From contig CBFHOE010000002.1 of NCBI GenBank assembly GCA_965657355.1, positions 320,001 through 384,000 on the forward strand: 64,000 nt of DNA, written 5' to 3'. Every line of letters begins with the position of its first letter. Within the stretch, counting starts at the first letter, position 1. Made by a program: the position numbers and the translations under genes. Positions 20,547-30,618 of this stretch are shown here, in pieces. The notes beneath the pieces were generated by a model, which was not told the DNA's origin, searched no databases, and was given only the letters and a program-made list of their open reading frames with translations. Origin of the DNA: Limisphaerales bacterium (GTDB lineage Bacteria > Verrucomicrobiota > Verrucomicrobiia > Limisphaerales > JAJOIW01).

Positions 20547-22226
20547 ATGAATAAGGCCAAAAAGAAATATGCACTAGGATTGGATTTCGGCACCTTGTCT
20601 GTTCGGGCATCATTGGTTGATCTAGAGGATGGAACGGAGTTTGGCGCGGCAGTCAATCACTATGCGCATGGCGTTATTGAAAGACATCTGCCAAACAACC
20701 AGATTAAACTCAAAGTGGATTCAGCTCTTCAAAATCCATTGGACTATCTAGAGTCACTCGAAAAAGTGGTCCCACAAGTCATTAATGATACGGGAATTGA
20801 CTCCGAGGATGTCGTCGGAATAGGTGTGGATTTCACTTCTTGCACGATGATGCCTACCTCAGCAGATGGAACTCCATTATGTGCTGATAGAAGGTTTAAA
20901 GATAACCCTCATGCTTGGGCCAAGCTATGGAAGCATCATGCGGCTCAGCCCGAAGCTGATAAAATAAACGAAATTGGAAACGCAAGAAAAGAACCATTTA
21001 TTCAAATTTATGGAGGTAAATATTCCAGTGAGTGGTTCTTCTCAAAGCTACTGGAAACAGTAAACGATGCACCAGATCTCTATGATACCTCAGACACCTT
21101 TATTGAAGCCGGTGATTGGATCGTTTGGCAACTAACAGGCAATGATAAGAGGTCGATTTCGGCGGCGGGATTTAAGTCAATGGTCGTCTACCCATCAGAA
21201 AATGGTGAATGGAATTATCCACCGTCAGATTTTTTCAAAGAATTACACCCTAAATTAGAAAATGTGGTTTCAGACAAACTGGCCGATTCCTTTTTACCAC
21301 TAGGAACTAATGCAGGGGGACTGACAAAAAAGATGGCCAGCATTTTAAACCTGTGTGAAGGAACGGCTGTCGCCGTGGCCAATATAGATGCCCACGTCGC
21401 TGTTCCAGCCTGCAAAGTAGCCAACCCAGGCAAGCTAGTCATGATTATGGGCACCTCGACATGCCACCTTCTTGTATCAAATCAGAGACATATGGTGGAA
21501 GGGATGTGCGGTGTAGTTGAGGATGGAGTCCTCCCCGGTTTCTGGGGATACGAGGCGGGTCAATCTGGAGTCGGAGACTCATTCGCCTGGTTCCTCGAAA
21601 ACGCATACCCGGGAAAAAAGTCCTCCGACTCCGACCGAGAGAGTTTCGAATTTTTATCGCAGAAAGCCAAAGAATTAAAAGTTGGACAGTCCGGATTGTT
21701 GGCTTTGGACTGGTGGAATGGAAATAGGTCTGTCTTGATGGATAGTGATCTATCAGGACTCATAGTTGGATTATCCATAACTTCGCAACCGCACGAAATC
21801 TTCAGAGCACTCATCGAGGCGACTGCTTTTGGCACGAGAAGAATTATCGAAGCATTCACAAATCAGGGAGTAGATATCGACGAAATAATTGCATGTGGGG
21901 GACTCGCCAAAAAAAACCCATTTTTGATGCAAGTTTACGCTGATATCACAGGGCGGATTATTAAAATAGCCTCATCGGAGCAGACGTGCGCATTGGGATC
22001 AGCCATGTTTGGAGCTTTAGCTGCAGGACACTTTAATTCCATCGAAGAGGCTGCAGACAAGATGGCACATCTCCAAAATGACACCTACTCACCAAATCCT
22101 AAAAATATGGAGGTCTACCAAAAACTTTACCATGAGTATTTAAAGCTTCATGATTATTTTGGTCGCCAAGATGATAGTCCAATGAAGCTACTTAAAAATC
22201 TTAGAAGAGAAATGAGTGGTTCTTGA
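20547..22226 (+). CDS. araB: Ribulokinase (FGGY family)
   Basis: GLDFGTLSVRA, GIGVDFTSCT, KLWKHHAAQ, YGGKYSSEW, MGTSTCH, ALDWWNGNRS, EATAFG. Confidence 0.9.
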   Translation: MNKAKKKYALGLDFGTLSVRASLVDLEDGTEFGAAVNHYAHGVIERHLPNNQIKLKVDSALQNPLDYLESLEKVVPQVINDTGIDSEDVVGIGVDFTSCTMMPTSADGTPLCADRRFKDNPHAWAKLWKHHAAQPEADKINEIGNARKEPFIQIYGGKYSSEWFFSKLLETVNDAPDLYDTSDTFIEAGDWIVWQLTGNDKRSISAAGFKSMVVYPSENGEWNYPPSDFFKELHPKLENVVSDKLADSFLPLGTNAGGLTKKMASILNLCEGTAVAVANIDAHVAVPACKVANPGKLVMIMGTSTCHLLVSNQRHMVEGMCGVVEDGVLPGFWGYEAGQSGVGDSFAWFLENAYPGKKSSDSDRESFEFLSQKAKELKVGQSGLLALDWWNGNRSVLMDSDLSGLIVGLSITSQPHEIFRALIEATAFGTRRIIEAFTNQGVDIDEIIACGGLAKKNPFLMQVYADITGRIIKIASSEQTCALGSAMFGALAAGHFNSIEEAADKMAHLQNDTYSPNPKNMEVYQKLYHEYLKLHDYFGRQDDSPMKLLKNLRREMSGS

Positions 22227-22234
22227 AGCCATCC

Positions 22235-24340
22235 TTATTCTAAAGAGATAATAAAAAAGTTCGCCCTTTCGTTATTCTCCATAGGAATATTAACGGCGTA
22301 GTTTTCTTCATTAATATTGGTAATGGTAGCTCCGTTGACCAAGGTCGTAAAAGACCCTGCAACATCTTTGCTAGAGCTCACCCTCAAGTCGAGCTCACCA
22401 GTGACACCCTCTTCAATACGGATTCGGATTTGCAAAGTTTGAGGATTTATTACTTCGACACCAAGGTATTCAAAGGCGATTTTGCCACCGTCAGATTGAT
22501 CAACACTCTCAGCAATGGCTTGAACTCTCCATTCCTGCCCCCATGGTAATTTATTATCCCCCAATATCGGCCGTGAGATAACTGCATAACTTCCAACAGA
22601 CTGAGGCCTTACTGAAAACGATGCAGTTGGATCTGCTGAGGAACCGGACGCCTCGAGGATATATTTTTCGCTTCCGGCAAGCTGGATTTCGTCTATATAC
22701 CATCCAAGCCCATTCGGATCAGGATTTCCAATACCATGGAAAAAAGACCCACCCTGAAAGTCATAAGAAAAACGAAGGTTCACTGCTTTTCCTGCATATT
22801 CTGAAAGAGGAAGGTTAACTAGAGTGAAGCTCGAATCTCCGGCACCACCATCTCCTGCGTCCACCCAAATTGATTGCCAAACCCTACTACCTAGTTCACG
22901 AATATCCACAGAGGCAATTTGGGTCGTATTTGCGAAAGCATGCTTTGATTTGAAAGAAAGCGAGGAGCTCTCCGACAGAAAAAAAACATCTTCCCAAATC
23001 AGTTTTTGATGAATTGGTGGATTAGTATTATGAAAAAGATGAAAGCTTTTTGCTCCCTCGGAAGCTGCTTTGGACGTGATAATGTTGAATCCATCGGATG
23101 TATCCTGTTCAAAGGGGACAACGCCCGATTCTGCTCCCTCCTGAAACAATCCAGTTACGACTTTGCTCAACTCCCAATCATAACCATTAATACCGAAAAC
23201 TTGGGAAGAGAAAAGAGTTACATCATGTAATGTTGAAAGATTTTCAGGTCCGCGAATTTCGGTTCCAGAATAGGGTAAGATTAGATCAACTTTTTTATTC
23301 ACCCCGGTTACTACAGGGCCACTCGGAATTTCAAGCGTTTGGTAATCATCGGTAAATATTACAGTATACTGACTAGCATCTTCAGATGGTATGGCATATC
23401 CGCCTGATTGGGCAGCCTGGGTAAAGAATGTACCCTGTGCGGTTGCGACCCTCAGACCAGGTATTTCTTCTCCTTTATCATAGAAGGAATTCTCGTTGAG
23501 ATCATAATAAGCGACACCAGTAATAAAAGAGGTTTCATTGAAATCTTTGGCAAACACTTGAGTAACAAGCTGAGGGCCAACATCTCTGCGAATAGGGTCA
23601 CCATCATTAAGTTTGTCTTTGGAGCCATTGATTACAGAGACTCCGATTTCATTAAAATTGCCAGAGTGGATCGTTAGTCGATGACCAGGCGGGTTTTGAA
23701 TCCCTCCCTCGCCCCAATCTATTTGAAATCCAGCATGCCCATAAAAATTGGATTTTGAAGTCGAGAAGACATTTTCTCCGAATGTCTGCCAGGTGTATCC
23801 TGCAGCAGTGATCCTATCCCCTGCATTTTCACCGTTGGCATTGACGTGCCCTTGGTAAGTATTCTCGAACATATCCATGGTATGGATCTCAGCTCCAGCA
23901 CGAATTTTGGGATTTGGGGCTAGCGGTGGCGCCGGTTCAAATGTTTGGAAACCATTTATTTCATCAGAAAATAGTTCATTCAGGTCGGTATTGAAGAAAT
24001 TTAGAGCGGATAAAACCTCGGGGTCTGCGACTAATTGCAACCGTTTCCCCTCAGCGTTGGGATCCTTTCGGGCTCGATTAATATATTCAATGTATTGCTG
24101 CTCATCAGGAGTAATCTCTCCGGTCTCATAAAATTGAGTATTAGCTTGCCTGGTCGGGGGTATTAAACCTAAGTCTGAGCCTTCGCTTTCCCGAATAGGA
24201 AATGCCTCTGGGTTGGGTTCTGGAAAACCTATTTCGTCGAGATCCTCAGCTGTTGAGGCCAAACAAGGGGACAACAGAACCATTAACAGGGAAAGATAGG
24301 AAAGCTTCTTTGATAATTCCACGTATACTGAATAAATCAT
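22235..24340 (-). CDS. Secreted CAP (SCP-like) domain protein with additional beta-sandwich domains
   Basis: Signal peptide, EYINRAR, RITAAGYTWQTFGEN, DWG..PPGHR, EIGV, GVAYYDLNENSFYD, GWYIDEI. Confidence 0.8.
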   Translation of the reverse strand: MIYSVYVELSKKLSYLSLLMVLLSPCLASTAEDLDEIGFPEPNPEAFPIRESEGSDLGLIPPTRQANTQFYETGEITPDEQQYIEYINRARKDPNAEGKRLQLVADPEVLSALNFFNTDLNELFSDEINGFQTFEPAPPLAPNPKIRAGAEIHTMDMFENTYQGHVNANGENAGDRITAAGYTWQTFGENVFSTSKSNFYGHAGFQIDWGEGGIQNPPGHRLTIHSGNFNEIGVSVINGSKDKLNDGDPIRRDVGPQLVTQVFAKDFNETSFITGVAYYDLNENSFYDKGEEIPGLRVATAQGTFFTQAAQSGGYAIPSEDASQYTVIFTDDYQTLEIPSGPVVTGVNKKVDLILPYSGTEIRGPENLSTLHDVTLFSSQVFGINGYDWELSKVVTGLFQEGAESGVVPFEQDTSDGFNIITSKAASEGAKSFHLFHNTNPPIHQKLIWEDVFFLSESSSLSFKSKHAFANTTQIASVDIRELGSRVWQSIWVDAGDGGAGDSSFTLVNLPLSEYAGKAVNLRFSYDFQGGSFFHGIGNPDPNGLGWYIDEIQLAGSEKYILEASGSSADPTASFSVRPQSVGSYAVISRPILGDNKLPWGQEWRVQAIAESVDQSDGGKIAFEYLGVEVINPQTLQIRIRIEEGVTGELDLRVSSSKDVAGSFTTLVNGATITNINEENYAVNIPMENNERANFFIISLE

Positions 24341-24641
24341 AATACCGAAAATGCTAGATTACTTGTTGAATATGAGATCGCAGATTGCAAATGACTCAAT
24401 TGTAAACCAAAAAAAAAAAAATTGCACATTGGACCACATTCTTTTTTCGGTCCAATTTGAAAAATCTTGATTCAATTAGATCTGGAATCATTTCTATTCT
24501 GCATACTGTCACTGCAGAAGTCTGAATATTTTTCTAAAAAGTGGGTGTAAAGTTTCTAATATCTCCCCGGCGCCTGGAGGACAAAGTGATTGCAATAATC
24601 TGTGAAAACAGTAGAAATCTGGTTCTTTTACAGCTTTAGGC

Positions 24642-26210
24642 ATGAGCACAGAAAGTGGAATAATTGAATTATACGACACCACTCTTAGAGATGGGAGTCA
24701 GGGAGAAGGAGTTAATTTCTCGGTAGCGGATAAATTGAGAGTCGCGGAAAAACTCGATCAATTCGGGGTCAACTATATTGAGGGCGGATGGCCGGGCTCC
24801 AACCCAAAAGATGTAGAATTCTTTAAACAAGTGCACGATCGAGATATAAAGAACGCCAAAATTGCGGCATTTGGTTCAACAAGAAGAAAAGATTGTGGTG
24901 TAGAAGATGACCCTCAAGTCAGACTTCTACTGGAAGCACAAACACCAGTCGTCACCATATTTGGAAAATCCTGGATTCTACATGTTGAGGAAATCATAAA
25001 AACCACCCCCGAGGAAAACCTGAAAATGATTGGTGATACAGTTAGGTTCTTAAAAGAGAACGGTGTTCAGGTCATTTATGATGGGGAGCACGCATTTGAT
25101 GGATACAAGAACAATGCGGAATATGCGCTCGCAACATTTAAGGCGGCTGCTGATGCTGGGGCCGATTTTGTGGTATTGTGTGATACCAATGGAGGGTGCC
25201 TTCCAAGTGAAATCCAAGAAATCACCCGAGAAACTTTGAAAACCATATCATGCCCTGTTGGAATCCACACTCATGACGATTGTGGGCTAGGTGTGGCGAA
25301 TGCGATGGCATCAATAGAAGCTGGAGCAACGCATATTCAAGGGACAATAAATGGCTACGGAGAAAGAACTGGGAATTGCAACCTCACTTCAGCCATTCCG
25401 AATATCGTCTTCAAAATGAGAAAGCGATCGATTTCAGAAAAGGCCCTAAAAAACCTCCGAGATATTTCAAATTTCGTCGATGAAATTGCGAATATTAGGC
25501 ATAACCCAAGGCAACCATGGGTTGGTTCCACTGCCTTTGCTCATAAAGGTGGAATGCACGTCAATGCAGTCAGCAAAGTCCCTCATAGTTTTGAGCACGT
25601 AAATCCAGAGATTGTAGGTAATGAAAGGCGCATTTTGGTCAGTGATCTCTCTGGAAGAAGTAATATCTTTATCAAAGCCAAAGAGCTAGGTTTTGAAATC
25701 GATAACGCCACAACAGAATTGAAAGAGATTCTCGATACTGTAAAACAATACGAGCATGATGGGTATGAGTACGAGGCGGCTGAAGCATCACTAAAACTCC
25801 TAATACAAAAAATACTACAACACAGAGATCAACCTTTCCAAATACTGGGATATCATGTCTCTATGAGAAGAGATAAGGGACACTCAGTTTGTCAGGCTAC
25901 TATTAAAGTCCAAGTTAATGGTGAAATTGCCCACACCGTCGCTGAGGGAGATGGCCCGGTGAATGCCCTCGACGAAGCCCTAAGGATGGCTCTTTCCAAA
26001 TTCTTCGACAAAGTTAAATCGATCCAATTAATAGACTATAAAGTTAGAATCCTTGGCGGCAGAGAAGGCACAGCGGCGAAGACAAGGGTTCTTATTGAAT
26101 CTTCTGACGGCCACTCTGAATGGGGAACAGTCGGGGCTAGCGAAAACATTATTGAAGCAAGTCTTCAGGCTCTCACCGATAGTATGGAATATGCGCTCCT
26201 CAATTCATAA
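24642..26210 (+). CDS. cimA: Citramalate synthase
   Basis: YDTTLRDGSQGEG, IEGGWPGSNPKD, IFGKSW, HTHDD, GYGERTGN, AFAHKGGMH, regulatory domain GDGPVNALD. Confidence 0.92.
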   Translation: MSTESGIIELYDTTLRDGSQGEGVNFSVADKLRVAEKLDQFGVNYIEGGWPGSNPKDVEFFKQVHDRDIKNAKIAAFGSTRRKDCGVEDDPQVRLLLEAQTPVVTIFGKSWILHVEEIIKTTPEENLKMIGDTVRFLKENGVQVIYDGEHAFDGYKNNAEYALATFKAAADAGADFVVLCDTNGGCLPSEIQEITRETLKTISCPVGIHTHDDCGLGVANAMASIEAGATHIQGTINGYGERTGNCNLTSAIPNIVFKMRKRSISEKALKNLRDISNFVDEIANIRHNPRQPWVGSTAFAHKGGMHVNAVSKVPHSFEHVNPEIVGNERRILVSDLSGRSNIFIKAKELGFEIDNATTELKEILDTVKQYEHDGYEYEAAEASLKLLIQKILQHRDQPFQILGYHVSMRRDKGHSVCQATIKVQVNGEIAHTVAEGDGPVNALDEALRMALSKFFDKVKSIQLIDYKVRILGGREGTAAKTRVLIESSDGHSEWGTVGASENIIEASLQALTDSMEYALLNS

Positions 26211-26259
26211 AAAATTTAAATTCCTTATTTATTACAACAAATAGATTTATTTATAAAGA

Positions 26260-28905
26260 ATGTCCGAATTACCAAAGACTTACGAAACAAACAACATCGA
26301 GGCTAAATGGTATGAGTATTGGGTAGCCAACGAATGTTTCAAGGCGGACCCGGACTCGGAAAAACCGCCCTACTCTATAGTCATTCCGCCACCTAACGTG
26401 ACAGGCATTCTCCACCTCGGTCATGTTTTAAACAATACCATACAGGACATCCTATCAAGAAAAGCGAGAATGGATGGCCTAGAGGTTCTCTGGCTCCCCG
26501 GAACAGATCATGCAGGAATAGCAACCCAGGTCGTCGTTGAAAAAAAATTAAAGAAAGAAGAAAAAAAATCTAGGCATGATCTAGGAAAAGAAGCTTTTGT
26601 TCAAAGGGTTTGGAAATGGAAAGAAAAACATGGTGGGATCATTATTGAGCAGCTCAAAAAACTGGGCTGCTCCTGTGACTGGTCTCGCGAGAGATTCACC
26701 ATGGATGAAGATTACTCAAAGGTCGTTACAGAAACTTTCATTGACCTCTATAATAAAGGGTTAATCTATCGCGGAAAACGCATGGTCAATTGGTGTCCTG
26801 TTTCTCTTACCGCTTTAAGTGATGAAGAGGTAATAATGAAACCTCAAAATGGGATATTGTATCATTTTAAAGTTAAAATAAAAGATGAGGATCGCTATTT
26901 AAATATTGCGACAACACGACCTGAAACAATCCCTGGTGATACCGCCATTGCTGTAAATCCTAAGGATGAAAGGTATGCTGATTTAATTGGAAAATCTGTA
27001 ATTCGCCCTTTGCCTATTGAGCAACCAGAGTCTGAAAGATATATCCCAATAGTAGGCGACGACGCTGTTGATTTTGAATTTGGAACGGGAGTCCTCAAGG
27101 TGACACCAGCACACGATAAAGTTGACTTTGAAATAGGCGAAAAACACAAGCTCAAGATTATTGATGTCCTCAATCCAGATGGCACTGTTAATGACCACGG
27201 CGGCAAGGATCTCAAAGGTCTTGATAGGTTCAAGGCTCGAAAAAAAGCTGCGGAAATGTTGGATGAAATGGGCTTGCTTGTTGAAGAAGAAAAATACAGC
27301 AACAGTGTTGGTTTCAGTGAAAGAGCAGATGTCCCGATCGAACCACGACTCTCAGAACAGTGGTTCTTGAAATATCCAAGTGCCGAAAAAGCGAGAAATG
27401 TTGCACTCTCTGGAGAATTGAAGTTCTTTCCCGAAAGGTGGGCCAAAGTTTATGATCACTGGTTGGAAAACATAAGAGATTGGTGCATAAGCCGCCAATT
27501 GTGGTGGGGACACAGAATCCCCGTCTGGTATGACCAATCAGGGGAGATCAAATGCCAGGCTGAATCTCCAGGTGAAGGATGGACCCAGGACCCTGATGTT
27601 TTGGATACCTGGTTTTCGTCTTGGTTATGGCCATTTGCCACGATGGATAAAAAAACACTTGAGAAATTCTACCCGACGACAGTTCTCGTCACCGCTCCTG
27701 AGATATTATTCTTCTGGGTCGCGAGGATGATTATGTCGGGCTTTGAGTATAAGGGAGAAAAACCATTTCGTGATGTTTATCTTACTGGGATCGTCAGGGA
27801 TAAACAGGGCCGCAAAATGTCTAAGAGTCTCGGCAATTCCCCAGACCCTCTCGATCTCATTTCAAAATACGGAGCAGACGCTCTCAGATTCGGAGTCATG
27901 AGGTCGGCACCATTAGGTCAGGATCTTCGCTTCGATGAGAAACAAGTCGAATTGGGCAGGAACTTCTGCACAAAACTTTGGAATGGATGCCGCTTTCGTC
28001 AAATGCAGGGAGGTGGATTTGAAGGAGAGATCCGCCCAGAATTACTAACAGCTTCAGACAAATGGATTCTCTTGCGCTTAGATAACGCTATCAGGAATCT
28101 TGATGCCGCTTACGAAGAATACAATTTCGTAGAAATAACCAACGCTCTGTATTCCTTTTTTTGGACGGAATATTGTGATTGGTATTTGGAATCTGCTAAA
28201 GCTGCCTTTTATGGTGATGACGAAGCTATAAAAACAAACACACTGGCGGTCATGGATTTTATCCTTTCGCATATTTTAAGAATTTTCCACCCTTTCCTTC
28301 CTTTCATTACTGAAGAATTGTGGCATGGAATGGGATTTAAAAATGATCTCCCCGAGAGTCAAGGAGGTAAAACTATTATGTTGTCTCATTGGCCAAAGCC
28401 GTTTGACGATCAGTTTAAGGATTTTTATGCACTTGATGAATCTGATGAGGCTTTACAAGATTCTAGACATGAACTGGTTGGGCAAGGGAGAAGCCTGAAG
28501 AGCACCTACAATATCCCATCAAATAAAAAGGCAAAGTTTATATACAAGCCAAATGCTCCGATTTCTGATTATGAAAAATCTGTTTTAAGAATTCTATTAA
28601 ATGCAGAGCCACTTGAAGTGGATTTGAATTACGTGGCTCCAAAAGGAGTACCTTCAACTGTTTGCAACGCCGGTGAATTATTCCTACCGCTCGAAGGTTT
28701 GATTGACTTTGAAGAAGAAAAGAAACGCTTGGAGAAAGAACTGGAAAAAATCCAAAAGGAGATTGATAAAGTGAATAATAAATTATCGAATCCTAATTTC
28801 ATCGAAAAAGCGCCAGAAGAGAAAGTCAACGAACAAAAAGACAGACTCAGTGACTTTAAAATGAGAATAGAACATCTTTCCAAAGCCCTCGAAAATTTGA
28901 AGTGA
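26260..28905 (+). CDS. valS: Valine--tRNA ligase
   Basis: PPPNVTGILHLGH, GTDHAGIATQ, WCISRQLWWGHRIP, KMSKS, C-terminal coiled coil. Confidence 0.98.
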   Translation: MSELPKTYETNNIEAKWYEYWVANECFKADPDSEKPPYSIVIPPPNVTGILHLGHVLNNTIQDILSRKARMDGLEVLWLPGTDHAGIATQVVVEKKLKKEEKKSRHDLGKEAFVQRVWKWKEKHGGIIIEQLKKLGCSCDWSRERFTMDEDYSKVVTETFIDLYNKGLIYRGKRMVNWCPVSLTALSDEEVIMKPQNGILYHFKVKIKDEDRYLNIATTRPETIPGDTAIAVNPKDERYADLIGKSVIRPLPIEQPESERYIPIVGDDAVDFEFGTGVLKVTPAHDKVDFEIGEKHKLKIIDVLNPDGTVNDHGGKDLKGLDRFKARKKAAEMLDEMGLLVEEEKYSNSVGFSERADVPIEPRLSEQWFLKYPSAEKARNVALSGELKFFPERWAKVYDHWLENIRDWCISRQLWWGHRIPVWYDQSGEIKCQAESPGEGWTQDPDVLDTWFSSWLWPFATMDKKTLEKFYPTTVLVTAPEILFFWVARMIMSGFEYKGEKPFRDVYLTGIVRDKQGRKMSKSLGNSPDPLDLISKYGADALRFGVMRSAPLGQDLRFDEKQVELGRNFCTKLWNGCRFRQMQGGGFEGEIRPELLTASDKWILLRLDNAIRNLDAAYEEYNFVEITNALYSFFWTEYCDWYLESAKAAFYGDDEAIKTNTLAVMDFILSHILRIFHPFLPFITEELWHGMGFKNDLPESQGGKTIMLSHWPKPFDDQFKDFYALDESDEALQDSRHELVGQGRSLKSTYNIPSNKKAKFIYKPNAPISDYEKSVLRILLNAEPLEVDLNYVAPKGVPSTVCNAGELFLPLEGLIDFEEEKKRLEKELEKIQKEIDKVNNKLSNPNFIEKAPEEKVNEQKDRLSDFKMRIEHLSKALENLK

Positions 28906-28957
28906 TTCCCATGAAAGCGCTCCAAATTCGAAAAGCAAAAGAAGCAAAAATTCACAA

Positions 28958-29776
28958 ATGAATAAAAGTCAAATCAAGGCAGCCTTATCAGTCACTGAAG
29001 GAGCGGTATTGAAGGCTGGCGAAATCATGTATAAAAACTTCAGGAAATCAAAAGTAATAAATGAGGTTTCACGACATGATATAAAACTTGAACTAGACGT
29101 TCTATGCCAAAAAGCCATTGAAAAGCATCTTGCCAAATCATATCCCAGCTTTGCCGTGTTGGGAGAGGAGGGAACGTCAGGAGACATAAATTCTGAATAC
29201 CGATGGGTTGTGGACCCAATTGATGGCACTGTTAATTTCACTTACGATATCCCCCATGCTAATTCAACTATTGCTCTTCAAAAAAGAATATCCGATGGGG
29301 CAGAATTCCCCGACCAAAATTATCAAACTATTATAGGCGTTGTATTCGACCCATTCACCAAAGAATTATGGACAGCAACAAAAGGAGGTCCATCAAAATT
29401 AAATGGTGAGCGCATTAATGTTAGTAAAAGAACTTTGCGTGAATCCATTATCACTATGGGTTTTTCCAAAAGCCAAAAAAATATCTCACGCATGATTCCC
29501 GTGTTTGAGAATCTTTCGCAAAGAGTGCGAAAAGTTAGAATGATGGGAGCCGCAGCTTTGTCCTTAGCTTATATAGCGTCAGGGCGATTCGATGCTTATA
29601 TGGAAACGGGCATCAGGCTATGGGATATTGCGGCTGGCGGTTTAATTTTAGAGGAAGCCGGCGGTGATTTTTGTCATATCCCAATCAATAAAAACCATAC
29701 CTACCGGCTCATTGCAAATAACGGAACCATATCGAAATCACTAAAAAAATATTTCCCTGAAAAACCAGAAAGTTAG
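28958..29776 (+). CDS. suhB: Inositol monophosphatase family protein
   Basis: LGEE, WVVDPIDGTVNF, GAAAL...GRFDAY, WDIAAG. Confidence 0.88.
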   Translation: MNKSQIKAALSVTEGAVLKAGEIMYKNFRKSKVINEVSRHDIKLELDVLCQKAIEKHLAKSYPSFAVLGEEGTSGDINSEYRWVVDPIDGTVNFTYDIPHANSTIALQKRISDGAEFPDQNYQTIIGVVFDPFTKELWTATKGGPSKLNGERINVSKRTLRESIITMGFSKSQKNISRMIPVFENLSQRVRKVRMMGAAALSLAYIASGRFDAYMETGIRLWDIAAGGLILEEAGGDFCHIPINKNHTYRLIANNGTISKSLKKYFPEKPES

Positions 29777-30555
29777 ATCTCACCAAGATGATACGAAAGA
29801 AGGCTCACTGAGAGGATTCAAAAACAGCGTCTTAGATTATATAAGCTAGTATTCCCAAATCGTTGTGAGTGATCTTATTCAGGCAATCTTCCCTTGCTTC
29901 CTCTAAACCCTCAAATTGTATTTTAATCCTGATCCTGCAAGATCATGAATGTGTTATCCTGGACTACTGTAGGACTTCCCTAGCACCTCTATTATTGAGA
30001 TCAATAATTGATCGGAACGTTTTCCTTTCATGAGATTTCTTATTAAGAAGATTTCGAAAGCACGATGAAGTTGATTATTTGCCAGTCTTTCGCCAGTTAA
30101 TTTAGCTCTTGGATTGATTGTTGTGTCATGATCAAACAACAGTTTTCCATGTTGATGGAATTTATATGAGAGATTGAATAGTTCTTTTCTTATCTATCCA
30201 TAAATGAGTTTTCGATTTGTATCCCTATGATCTTGAGTTTCATGTTTTTGTTCTGGGAATTCTCTTTTTAAGAGGTTTTTCATGATTAGACCTTTCTTTT
30301 GAAGGATTATGATTTATCGATCTTGTGAATTAACTTGGAGAGGAATTAAAACAGATGGCTGATTAGAGTGATGAGTTCTCAGTGATTTAGGTAAGCCTGG
30401 ATTATTATGGACCTAGATCTATTATGGGGACCTATCCACTGACTATAAAGATCTGACTTCCCCCAGTTCTTTGGTGCTCAATAAGTGATACACCAAACTC
30501 AGAGTGAACATATCCAGCATCAAGCTCAATGACCCCACACAATCCCTGGGGCAAT

Positions 30556-30585
30556 AAAAAACACCTGGAAAAGATTTCCAGATGC
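30556..30585 (-). terminator. Intrinsic terminator after the sigma54 response regulator
   Basis: Minus strand GCATCTGGAAA-TCT-TTTCCAGGTGT followed by TTTTT. Confidence 0.7.
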
Positions 30586-30618
30586 TCCTAAATAAACGTA
30601 AAAAATTTGATATGTATT

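Noticed and set aside
26895..27446. 183-aa minus-strand ORF
   Set aside because: Antisense to valS with no recognisable motifs
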